DNA of 64,000 bases, from positions 160,370,722 through 160,434,721 of the forward strand of contig NC_068981.1 of the NCBI RefSeq assembly GCF_001194135.2, read 5' to 3'. Position numbers and translations under genes: made by a program. The DNA comes from Octopus bimaculoides. Its lineage: Eukaryota. Of the stretch, positions 51,548 through 62,562 are shown piece after piece (positions within the stretch are counted from its first letter, which is position 1; each line of letters begins with the position of its first letter). Under the pieces are notes generated by a model. It saw only the letters and a list, made by a program, of their open reading frames with translations, made no database searches and had not been told where the DNA came from.

Positions 51548-51840
51548 TGTGGACATGGCAGTGTAGTTAAGAAGCTTGCTTTACAACTATGTGGTTTGGG
51601 GTTCAGTCCCATTGAGTAGCAACTTGGACATGTATCTTCTACTGTTATCCCAAGCTGACCAAAGCATTATAAGTGGATTTAGTAAATGGAAACTACAAAG
51701 AAGCCCTTTTTCTGTGTGTGTGGGTGTGTGTATCCATCCATCCTTGTCTTGACATCATGCACTAATCATAAACAAGCTCCACCATCATACAAGTGTTAGT
51801 GTTTGTTTGCAATCTTTCATGGAAATGCCTGCGCTAAGAG
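51548..51840 (+). mobile_element. tRNA-SINE (3' truncated)
   Basis: Head 'ggacatggcagtgtagttaagaagcttgc...gttcagtccca'; body as in the 50655 copy. Confidence 0.7.
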
Positions 51841-51981
51841 AAAATATTAACTTTCTTGGAAATAGATGAAGGTTGATGACAGAAAGAGCAAACCATACAA
51901 ATTTTTGCCTTTACAAATCTCTCTAAACTTTGAGAGCTTGGAAAAACAGATGCTATATGGAGAACGATGATGACATAGAGG

Positions 51982-52075
51982 GTGTGTGTGTGAACACGTG
52001 TGTGTGTGAGCACGTGTGTGTGTGTGAGCACGTGTGTGTGTGTGAGCACGTGTGTGTGTGTGTGAGCACGTGTGT
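51982..52075. repeat. (GT)n-based minisatellite containing five CACGTG hexamers
   Basis: CACGTG at 51995, 52011, 52029, 52047 and 52067. Confidence 0.95.
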
Positions 52076-52441
52076 AAAACCTGTGGAAAGGTGTGCCATT
52101 CAGTCGGAGGATTAAAAGGACATGTCAAAAGACTTCATACTATGGTACTGGTTCCTTTTGCCAGCCAACACAACTGTGCATTATATAATAAAATGTGCAA
52201 ATCTTTGCCAAGGCTCAAGGGTCATATGGGGACCTCACATTGAATTATCAACTCATTTCAATGATTTTTTTTCTAGCAATGGCTTTTCTTATATATGAGA
52301 AAGCAACCACTATATATATATGTGTTGTTGTACTTGGGGATGGTCATATTGCCAGTTTAGCCAATAAAAACACACGCACTGTATATTTGGTGTTAATTTG
52401 CTTCAGCTTTATATTACATTACATTACATTAATCCTATTTC

Positions 52442-52486
52442 GGCCAGAGTTCTTTCGTCACACTTCTGTGACCTCATCAGTGGTCC
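52442..52486 (-). ncRNA. Minimal type I hammerhead ribozyme motif (second family)
   Basis: Reverse complement: ggacca-CTGATGA-g-gtcac-agaagt-gtgac-GAA-AG-aa-CT-C-tggcc. Stem II gtcac/gtgac, 2-bp stem III, CUC cleavage triplet, and a partly paired stem I (acca/tgg). Confidence 0.6.
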
Positions 52487-53016
52487 TTTGCTTTCTTCTT
52501 TCTTATGTGTGTCCCACCTTGCTAACTATCAGCCTGCAAAACAAATATATATATATATATATATCCATTTATTTTAGGATATGTAGATTGTGTGATTTGA
52601 GGGATACTTGGCTGTCATTTCTATTAAATTCATAACAGTCAAATTAACCATGATGTGGTAAAAAATGAGTCTTTAACACCTGCACATAGCCTGTTCCACT
52701 ACTTCACCTTTTGCTTTGCAAGTTTAACTGGCTCCTTCATTTGAACCTGCATTATAAACAGTGACCATCTCAGACCAATGAGTGAGACTGAGCAGTGGCT
52801 TGACTGGAAAGAAATTACTACTAAATATCCCTCTAAAATCATACCTGCCATCTTGGAAAAGAATGGATTATGTTTTATGATATTAGGTGCACTGTGCCTA
52901 GAAAATAGACTCGATGGTCATGGCTGAAACACCTTTTATTATAGGTCTACAAGATCAGAGCTAGCCTGAGACTAGAAAGCAACAACCTCCTACAAGGAGT
53001 ATGATTCCAATTTCTT

Positions 53017-53345
53017 TCATGACCCATATTTTGTAAATTTCTCTAGAGTTTTATGCTGTTTGATCTTTTTCTTTTCATTTCTAAATATTCTGTTATTCCC
53101 TGGTGATGTTGCTATATCAATTATCCAATAGACTCTTTTCTCTTTTGCAGCAATGACATTTTCAGGTATTCTTTCATATTTCTCATAATCATTTTCGATG
53201 TTGAAGTCCCAAAGTAGCTTCACTTCATTAACTCTATCACTGGGAAAGGCTGGTTCTCATAACACTTTTCTGTTCAGCTTATGTTTCTTGTACAACTGCC
53301 AGTGCACAATCCTGTCAGTGCCTCCTTTTGTATTCTTTTTATGGT
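53017..53345 (-). mobile_element. Fragment of a non-LTR retrotransposon with a restriction-like endonuclease (R4/Dong/NeSL type)
   Basis: EYKRRH*..IVHWQLYKKH...NEVKLLWDFNIENDYEKYERIPENVIAAKEKRVYWIIDIA...EKKKIKQHKTL matches the YxxRHD..VHW...KILWDF..D.....PD......K....IDIA...EKIEKY..L pattern. The catalytic PD appears as PE. Confidence 0.75.
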
Positions 53346-53814
53346 AGTTTACTACACACACATAATGTGACTGACCATTTTCCCTTTCATTCTACAGCCT
53401 ACATCTATATGGTTTTATCAATATTCAATTTCACATAATTAGTTCTCAGAGATTGCTCTCATACTGCTCATATTAAGGCTTCAGTCTTGATCTTCACATC
53501 CATTCAAATGATGCTTACTTATCTATTCCACTTGCCAGATCTCAGATAAATTAGCCATGCATTAGTTTATCCATCTACTTTTTTCTTTATCTGTTTTCTC
53601 TATCTCTTCTACTTTTCTTTTATTACAATTAGTCTTTTCTATGCTATTTCAGTCTATAAAATGTCATATTGTTTTACTTCCATCAGCCAAAGTTCAATAT
53701 TGTTCTTTATGAACAAACCAAGATTGTTTTTTTTTTATTATTGTTATTATTCTTGTTATTTTTTTTCACTATTAACCCCCTACAGAAAAATTACCCTCAT
53801 CATTGGTACAGGTG

Positions 53815-53939
53815 TGGCTTTGTGGTTGAAAGTTCACTTTCCAACCACATGGTTTGGAATTCAGTCCCACTGCATGACACCTTGAGCAAGTACCTTTAGT
53901 GTTGAACTTGGCCAACCAAAGCCTTGTGAGTGGATTTTG
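53815..53939 (+). mobile_element. tRNA-SINE head; its body resumes at ~56115-56380 after the RTE insertion
   Basis: 'ggtgtggctttgtggttgaaagttc...gccttgtgagtggattttgg' ends at the RTE junction. The continuation 'aaactgtaaaaagcctg...gacatcacgtgatagt...' follows the RTE (GAT)n tail. Confidence 0.75.
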
Positions 53940-56113
53940 GGATACTTGAAATATCTGGCTGTGTAGGTTATAGTCTAGTCACCCGTATTGTAAATCAGGT
54001 GATTCACAAAGGAGTCATACCCAATGACTGGTGTAGCAGCACCTTAGTCAACTACTACAAAGGTAAAGGTGATGCCTCAGACAGGGGTATCAAATTGTTG
54101 GATCAGATGATGAACGTTATGGAGATAGTCATAGCCCAACTAATTAGGGAGAGAGTTTGTCTAGATGAGATGCAGTTTGGTTTTGTGCCAGGAAGAAGCA
54201 CCACTGATGCTATATTTCTGGTAAGGCAGCTGCAGGAGAAATACATGACCAAAGATAAACCTCTATACTTAACTTTTGTTGACTTGGAGAAAGCTTTTGA
54301 TAGGGTCCCCCGATCCCTTATCTATTGGTAAATGTGGAAACTAGGGATAGACAAGTGGTTGGTGAGACTATACAAGCCATGTACAGAGACGCTACCAGTA
54401 AGGTGAGGATTGGCAATGAGTACAGTGAAGAATTCAGGGTACAAGTAGGGGTTCACCAAGGATTGGTCCTAAGTCCTCTCTTCTTCATTATAGTCCTCCA
54501 GGCAATAACAGGAATTTAAGACAGGCTGCCCCTGAGAGCTCTACACTGATGACTGTGTTCTTATAGCTGAATCACTACCAGAACTAGAGAAGTTCCAGGT
54601 GTGGAAGCAAGGTCTAGAATCAAAGGGCCTTAGAGTTAACCTAGCAAAAACCAGTCGTAGTAAGTAGGAAGGCAGACAAATTACAAGTTCCTTCAAGTAG
54701 AAGGCCCTGCTTGATCTGTAGAAAATGTGTAGGTAGTAACTCTGTAAGAGGCACCTGGTTTAAGCTTTGGACACATAAAAGTGCAGCAATATCAGAGGAA
54801 GGTTAACAGAGAAAATAGCTTTTGTGTGTGGTAGATGCACAAGTACAATAAACACTGAGCATGTACAGTAAATAGACTCCCTCAACTGCCTTGGGAGTAA
54901 GATAGAAGTAGTAGATAGCTTCCATTATCTAGGTGATCAAGTTAGTAGCAGAGGTGGATGCTCTGGGAGCATAGCTGTCAGAATAAGATTTGGCTGGGCA
55001 AAGTTGAGAGAGCTCCTGCCTCTGCTGACAACAAAGGGCCTCTCCCTCAGAGTGAAAGGCAGATTGTATGATGCCTGTGTGCAAACAGCTATGCTACATG
55101 ACAGTGAAACATGGGTTGTGATAGCCGAGGACATCCATAGGCTTGAAAGAAATGAAGCCAGTATGCTTCGCTGGATGTCAGTGTGAATGTCCAACAGAGT
55201 GTAAGCATCTTGAGAGAAAAGTTAGGCATAAGAGGTATCAGATGTGGTGTGCAAGAAAGATGTATATACTGGTATGGTCATGTGATGCATATGAACGAGG
55301 ACAGCTGTGTAAAGAAGTGCCAGTCCTTAACTGTGGAGGGAACCTGTAGTAGAGGTAGACCCAAGAAGACATGGGACGAGGTGGTGAAGCATGATCTCTG
55401 AACTTTGGGCCTCACAAAGGCAATGACTAGTGGCCGAGACCTTTAGCAATATGCTGTGCTTGAGAAGACCTATCAAGTCAAGTGAAATCAGTCGTGACTG
55501 ATGCTGGTGTCATGTAACCAGCACCTGTGCAGGTGACACATAAAGAGCACCTCTCGAGCAATGAGCCTCATGGAGGCAAAGTTGTTGAGCTCCTTTCAAA
55601 TATTGAGCCTCACAGAGGCAATGACTGAGACCTTTGGCATTATGCTGTGCTTGAGAAGAAGACCCATCAAACCATGTAAAATTGCAGTCATGGCAGATAC
55701 CAGTGTCACACAAATGGCACCCATGCCAGTGGCATGTAAAAGCACCTTTTGAGCATTGGGCCTCACAGAGGCAAGAACCAAGACCATTTAGCATTATGCT
55801 GTGCTTCAAGCATTGGGTCTCAAGGAGTCAATGACCGAGACCCTTGGCATTATGTTGTGCTTGAGAAGACCCATCAAGCCAAGTAAAACTGCAATCATGG
55901 CAGATACTAGTGTCATGCAAATGGCACCCATGCTGATGACTCATTAAAGCACCCATTACACTCTTGGAGTGGTTGGCGTTAGGAAGGGCACCCAGCCATA
56001 GAAACCATGCCAAAACAGACCAGAGTCTGGTGCAGCTTTCCAGCATGCGAACCCTGGTCAAACCATCCAACCCATGCTAGCATAGACAACGGACATTAAA
56101 TGATGATGATGAT
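53940..56113 (+). mobile_element. 5'-truncated RTE-clade (BovB-like) LINE with RT pseudogene and repeated 3' modules
   Basis: GVIPNDWCSSTLVNYYKGKGDA, MQFGFVPGRSTTDAIF, FVDLEKAFDRV, GVHQGLVLSPLFF, LYTDD (YADD box), YLGD, RLYDACV..MLHDSETW, WYGHVMHM and RGRPKKTWDEVV. Frameshifts and stops throughout; (GAT)n tail. Confidence 0.95.
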
Positions 56114-56528
56114 GAAACTGTAAAAAGCCTGTTGTACATGTGTGTGAGAGAGAGGGAGAGAGTGTGTGTGTGCTTGCACGCACATTAGCATCTTCTTGTC
56201 TTGACATCACGTGATAGTCATAACAAACATCATCATCATCATAAAAGCAATGTCCTTCATTTCCAATCCTCTGCAAAAAATGTCCAGCCAAGTAGAAATA
56301 TTACCTTACTTAGAAGCAGGTGGTGATTGGTGACAGGAAAAGCATCCAACTATAGAAAATCTGCCACAACAAATTCCATAAAAATACAGTTGTTGCATGA
56401 ATTTGTGTAAAAATTTGCTGGTACAACATGATGATTATTGGCATACATTGTGAATGTGGTTTTCACCTTTTTATTTTTTCACTTTTACCTATAAGATATC
56501 TTATAGGTAAAAGTGATTTTTCACTCAG

Positions 56529-56686
56529 AGATCAAGATATTAACCACTATGATAATCGAAAATCTTGCAGCACAGAATTTTCAGAGTTAAATCTGATGGT
56601 TGGTAGAAAAAAAGAGAACATTAGACAAATTTCTCTATTGTATTTAGTAATATCTGTTGAAGACCTGAATTCAAATGGTACTGCAG
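56529..56686 (+). CDS. Candidate exon of an unidentified gene
   Basis: Acceptor 'gtgatttttcactcag|'. Open frame DQDINHYDNRKSCSTEFSELNLMVGRKKENIRQISLLYLVISVEDLNSNGTA. Possible donors after 56602 (gtagaa) or 56686 (gttgac). No family recognised. Confidence 0.2.
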
Positions 56687-57562
56687 GTTGACTCTGGTTT
56701 TCAGATTTTGCTGAGTAAACAAAAGAAAATACTAATTATGTACTGATGCAATTCAATTGACTGTGTCTTGACCCAAATTTGTAACTTAGTGATAATATTA
56801 CAAAGTAGTATTAATATTTTTACTGTTGTATGTTTCAGTTAAGCAATTATTATCCATGTCTTTGTAGTATATTTTATTTCCTGTATTTGGCTTTTGGGTG
56901 GTGTATTCTAATTGCTGTCATTATTTTCCTTGCCTGCATATCTGGTTTTGATAACTTCTCTTAAATTCCAGTTGAGAATATTATTACTGGACACAAAAGT
57001 ATCAATACCAATTAATTTATTTTTAGTTCTTTAATATTCTTTCTCTGTTTCTGTAATTAACATGATATTATCTGGGGGTGGTTTTCCCCTCCTCAATGTT
57101 GCTTTGTGAAATTTTCTAAATTTCCTTTCCAATTTCACTGTTGAATTCTTCACTGTATGAAAATAACAGTGTCTTATTGTTTGTGATGACTAGTATGCAG
57201 CTTCAAGTTATCCACACCTGTCCTTTTCATCCTATTGGTTCATGGCGTTATTGCCAAACAGAAAGGCTGGGAAGAGGGGTAGTGTTTTCTTTGGAATATT
57301 CCTCCTCTGACAAGGATTATAGTTTCATGTTTACAATCCACTCTTTTGTTTGGATATATACAACTGTCTTTCATATACTCATCGCATGTTTGATGTTTCT
57401 ATTTGTTAATGCTATCATCTTACTCATTGATAGTGTTCCCAAAGCCTTTTTAACAATGAATCCATGCCTCCTTTCTTCTCTTTTAGTGTTCACAAACTGA
57501 TCTTGACATCCAAATGAGTTTAGGCTACACAGCTCTTCTACTTTTCTAGAAGTGTATTATAT

Positions 57563-57740
57563 TGCTGCGTTTAGTCATTGGATTGTGGTCATACTGGGGC
57601 ACTGACTTCAAAGGTCTATCATTGCTAGTACATACTTCTGTCTGATATTTATTTTATTGAATCATTGAGTTAGACTTTTGACATATAAGACACACCACAC
57701 TGGTTCACACCAGTAAACATTAATACAAACAAGTGCATAT

Positions 57741-57777
<37 letters not shown>

Positions 57778-57950
57778 TGCACATTAGGTTCTTGTACAGT
57801 TTGTAGCTACCAAATACCATTCACAAAGCACTAATCAACCCAAGGCTAGAGTAAAAGGCACTGGAGTAATGTGCCCTACAGTTCAATCAAACTCAAAATC
57901 ACCAGAACTGTTGTTTCTGAAGCAAATTTCTTAATCACAGTTTCACATAT
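57563..57950 (-). mobile_element. Decayed composite tRNA-SINE
   Basis: 'gtcattggattgtggtcatactggggcactg' body, (CA)n, and 'ctaccaaataccattcacaaagc' head remnant. Confidence 0.65.
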
Positions 57951-60332
57951 GTTGGATTATATCTTTTCTACTGTTTATAATGAATACTTATATTTTTACA
58001 TTAAGAATTACATAAGTAGGTAAACAATTACTGAGTTTGTACATTTAGGGAATTTCATACTTCAGTTTCAGAGATTAACATGTTTTTTTTTTCATTGTTA
58101 TTTGTGTGGACCTTTCACTATTTCAATAAATTTGTTATTATTAAGATTATTACCATGATTGTTATTGTTACTATCTGAATTAGAGAAGTGCCTGATAAAA
58201 TATCTTGCATATGTTGAAATTCCACTGTAATCAATTTGATCACCTATGTAGACTTGTTTCTATGTTGAGATAATTTATTTTTATCTCTAGTAGATTATTT
58301 ATCTTAAGTGACTGGTAAAATCTTTGTCCTTGATAGATTCAAGCTTTGTTCACAGCATTACAACCTCGCCCTTCTCTCTCTCAATTTCTCAGTTTCTATA
58401 TTTTTAAAATTTCTATGTGAGTGTATTGTGTTCACACACATACCCATATGTAACAAAAATGAGGTATGAGAAGTGGCCAGTGGCATGTAAAAACAGAGAC
58501 ATACAGATATATCAAACACCGTTCAACATAAATTCATGATTTATTAAAATTATCTTTACCTCTAGAGTATATGTCACAATTACCAAATGGCATCTGTGAC
58601 CAGCTCCATCTGAGGAGGGGAGATAATCTCAAGAATTAAGGATTCTCCAAAGCTGACATGCTATTAGGAAAGATGATAGACTTATTGTCCGAGGATAAGA
58701 GGACAGTCATGGACATGTGTTTCTACCCCAGCAGCATCATAAGCATGACTAGTCATAGACATATATGAAAGGAGTACAATGCATTCATGGCCTAAGTAAT
58801 TTGCATTAATTGAAGAAAAATCAGTTAAGGGAAATAACTCAGAGTGGCTAAGGCATGTACATACACAACAAAAACAAATACAATTACATCAAATATACAC
58901 CAGGAATTCTTGATTTATTAAAAATATCTCTACCTCTAGAGGGTGTATGTATATATAAAATGTACTTTAAATTGCCAAACCTTCAGAAATTCAAATATTT
59001 TTTTAATTCATTTTTCCATTTCTCAAATAGTATACAAAAAGAAATCAGCATGGTCAATTTGATTTATTGGTTTCACCACAGATTCAGTACTATTTGTTCT
59101 ATATTGAAAATGTGTATGTAGGAGTGTGTGGGTGGGGGGAATAGCTGTGAGCTAAATGACAAGTTTTAGCAAGCACCTATCTTAGCTTGTAATTATCTAG
59201 CTACTAGAATTGATCTAATCTTAATTTTTTAAAATTTTATTTATAATATTTTGTATTCCTTTTGGAACAGATCTAGACAAGATGGTAACACATATAAAAA
59301 AAGGATATGTGTTAAATAGAACAAATTAAAAAAATAAAAAAAAGAAACATGTAGTTTATGCCATCTTATTTCCTACAGGATTATCTTCTCAAATCAACTT
59401 GTTTGCAGATTTTGCTAGAAAATACAATGAAATAAATTGTTTTTATTAGATCTGCATTAGAGCTATTAATATTTTACTTTTTTTATTATATTTATATAAA
59501 TATAACTCTTATTCAAAATTAAATTGTAAAAGAATGTAAGTCAGTTAAAACTAAAGATGGGATTGATACTAACTTGTTGGGAGAGTCTTAACTATCTAAA
59601 CCCAGGTATTTTTTAAGCATATCAAGTTTTAAAATAATGTAATTTTTCCAAAGTAAAATAAAAAAAATTAACACTATAGATGTTATAAAAGGTATTGCAG
59701 TGGATGGTAAAATCTATTGAGACAGAACAAATATCCTTTTTTATTTTGTCTCTCCTCTACTCCTTTTGTTCATGTTATTATTTTGCAGGAGTTAACTTTG
59801 CCTTTCAGCCTTCTGCTGTTTATAATAAGCACAATTCAAGACAATTTAATTGGCTGTTCCCAATCCCCAGATATTTGGCCTTGTGCCAAAATTAAAAATC
59901 AATATTTATAATAAATAGATCATGGGGCAAAAACAGTGAAGTGTCAGATTCAATGTTTTTTTTTTCTGTTTGTTTATTTTGTTTTCTTGATTTGGATCTT
60001 GTTCAGGTCAACTTTATCACTCATCTTGTTCTAGGATGCATACCAGTGATATCATTGGAATGAATCAGTCTCTTTTCAAACATTGGCTGTGTTGTATTTA
60101 AGTATGAAATAGAATTTATTCTAAAGTGCTTTGTTTTTGTTTTTTTTGTTTTGTTTTTTTTTTTATGACTGAATTTTGAATAAGAATTATATTTTCAAAT
60201 ATAAATGTCTATAATGGAAATCCAATAAAAAACAATTTATTTATTTCCAAATCTGCAAACAGATTGATTTGAAGAAATAATCCTATCTGAAATAGGATAA
60301 CATAGATTATATATTATTTATATATATATATT

Positions 60333-60372
<40 letters not shown>

Positions 60373-60604
60373 CCATGTTCTCTGGAATAGCTATTTCAAA
60401 AGGAATACAAAAATATAAAGTTTAGATCAATCATAGCAAGTCTATAATTACACGCTAAGATAGATGCTTACTTGTCATTTAGCTCAGTGTTGTTTTTCTT
60501 TTTTCTTTCTTTATTTCTTTTTTATCCCCCCCCCCTACCCCACCATTTTCAATATAAACCAAATATTGAATCTGTGGCAAAACCAATAAATCAAAATGAC
60601 CATC

Positions 60605-60930
60605 CATGGTTGTTGGGTAAGGAGCTATAGTCTTCTACTATAGCTTCGAGCTGACCGAAGCCTTTTGAGTGGATATGGTGGGTGGAAATTGAAAGAAGTC
60701 TGCTATGTGCATGTGTGTGTGTGTGTGTGTGTGTTTGTCCTCCACCACCACCATTTGACAACCAGGGTTGGTGTGTTTAAATCCCCATAACTTTATGGTT
60801 TGGCAGAAGTGACCAATAGAATAAGTACCTAACTTTTAAAGAAACTGTAAGTACTGAGGTTGATTCAGTCAACTAAAAATTTGTCACGGCTGGGCCTGCC
60901 CCTGCATAGCCACAGTCTTGTGACTGAAAC
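60605..60930 (+). mobile_element. Composite tRNA-SINE
   Basis: Head remnant, (GT)n, then 'ccccataactttatggtttggcagaagtgaccaatagaataagtacc...gactgaaac'. Confidence 0.7.
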
Positions 60931-61859
60931 AAATTAAAGATAAAAGATATTTGAGAAAATGAGTGTGAGCTAAAAGAAGAAATAAAAAAGCAAGAAAAAT
61001 ATTGTTTGAATTTTTGAAGGTTTAGTAATTTAGTGTACAATATATGTATGAGTTCTAAATATATGCAAAGCAACCGAGGAGGAAGTGAGAAGTTGTAATG
61101 ATGTGAACAGAGCTTGAGCCTATCTGTTGAAAGTTTAAAAAAATAATTTTTCTTAACATAAAAACAAATCCACACATTTTTAGTTGAATAAATTAACCAC
61201 AGTGAAACTTCAACTTATGCAGGGTATTTCATCTGGTACTAATGCCTATTCTGATAGCAACAATAACAACAAAAACAACAATAATTATAATAATCTTAAT
61301 AATAATAAATTTATTGGAAGACCTGATTGGCTTGCACACATTAAAAAAATATTTTAATCTCTAAGACAGAAGAATATTCCCTAAAATTAAAACTCCTTTT
61401 TTAAACCTCAAAGCACAGAATCTATTTACCTATAGTATGCTGAAGCTTAGCTTTCATGTAAATCTTACTGCAAAAATTTAAATATAAAAAAAGAATCAAC
61501 ATATGCATAGCTATGTAATTTAAAAGTTTGTTTCACAACTATGGTGGTTTCAAGTTTGATCTCACTGTGAGCTCATTGCTACCTTTTATACTAACCTGTA
61601 GTTGAGTGGAATTTGGTTGCCAGAAACTGTACTAGACCTTATTGTGAGTGTGTGTGTGTGCACGCGCACATGCGTGCATTCATCTGTGTTTATATTTACT
61701 GACTCATACTAGTATTGTGTATCTTATATGTCAAAGCGTATCTTAATTGTACATTGTTAATCAAGTCTTGGCAAATTGTCTATATACTTTATATTGTTTC
61801 GTTTAGAATAATTTGTGTAATGCTTAAGAATCCATGCAGAACAAGTAGAAATATCTGAA

Positions 61860-62070
61860 TTGATCTCATGTTGGTCTAGAGTTAACCACAGGCATCAAAA
61901 TGAAATTGGGACACAAGTTAGAATCCCCTTTCTGTGACTGTGGAACAGTCTAAATCATGAGTCAACTGCTGGTTTGCAATTATTGAATAACCCTTGTTAT
62001 TTGGTTGATTTGAAATATAATACAAGGAACATTCCAGATTGTGTAGAAAAAGTGGCAAGATTTGATAATA
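61860..62070 (+). mobile_element. Possible 3' end of an Ingi/Vingi-like LINE
   Basis: MKLGHKLESPFCDCGTV*IMSQLLVC resembles the WGx..SPxCDCG.xQTMxHxxxC C-terminal zinc knuckle. Confidence 0.45.
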
Positions 62071-62149
62071 GCACAACAGTAAGAATTATCTCAATTGTTA
62101 CTTTGAATTTTTATCTCAATATCCTTCTATGATAAATAAAATAAATATT

Positions 62150-62562
62150 AGTTGGTCTGGCTGTATGGTTAAAAAACCTTCGTTCCCAACCATGTGATCC
62201 TGGGCTCATCCCACTGCATAGCACCTTGGATCTTCTGTTCTAACCTTGGGCCAACCAAAGCTTTGTGAGTGGATTTGGTAGATGGAGCCTGAAAGAAATA
62301 TGTTTGTGTGCGTGTTTGTGTGTGTGTGTGTGTGCATGCCCATGTCTAAACATCATGTGATGGTTGTAAATGAGCATCATCATGATACAAGCAAAGTTGT
62401 TTGTCTCTGGTCGTCTAGCTATGGTAAATTATTACCTTATTTGAAAACAGGTGAGGATTAGTGGCAGGAAGGGCATCCATCCATGAAAAATCTATCTCAA
62501 CAAATTCTGTCTGACCCATGCAGGCATGAAAAAGTGGACTCTTAATGACGATGTTGATGATG
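62150..62562 (+). mobile_element. tRNA-SINE with RTE-like tail
   Basis: Head, (GT)n, then 'gtggcaggaagggcatcc...gacccatgcaggcatgaaaaagtggac...gatgatg'. Confidence 0.75.

Noticed and set aside
52195-52635. 146-aa ORF
   Set aside because: It crosses repeat fragments, the hammerhead element and (TA)n, and has no protein-like motif.
57141-57500. 119-aa hydrophobic ORF
   Set aside because: TTG start, T-rich composition, no convincing splice structure or family motif.
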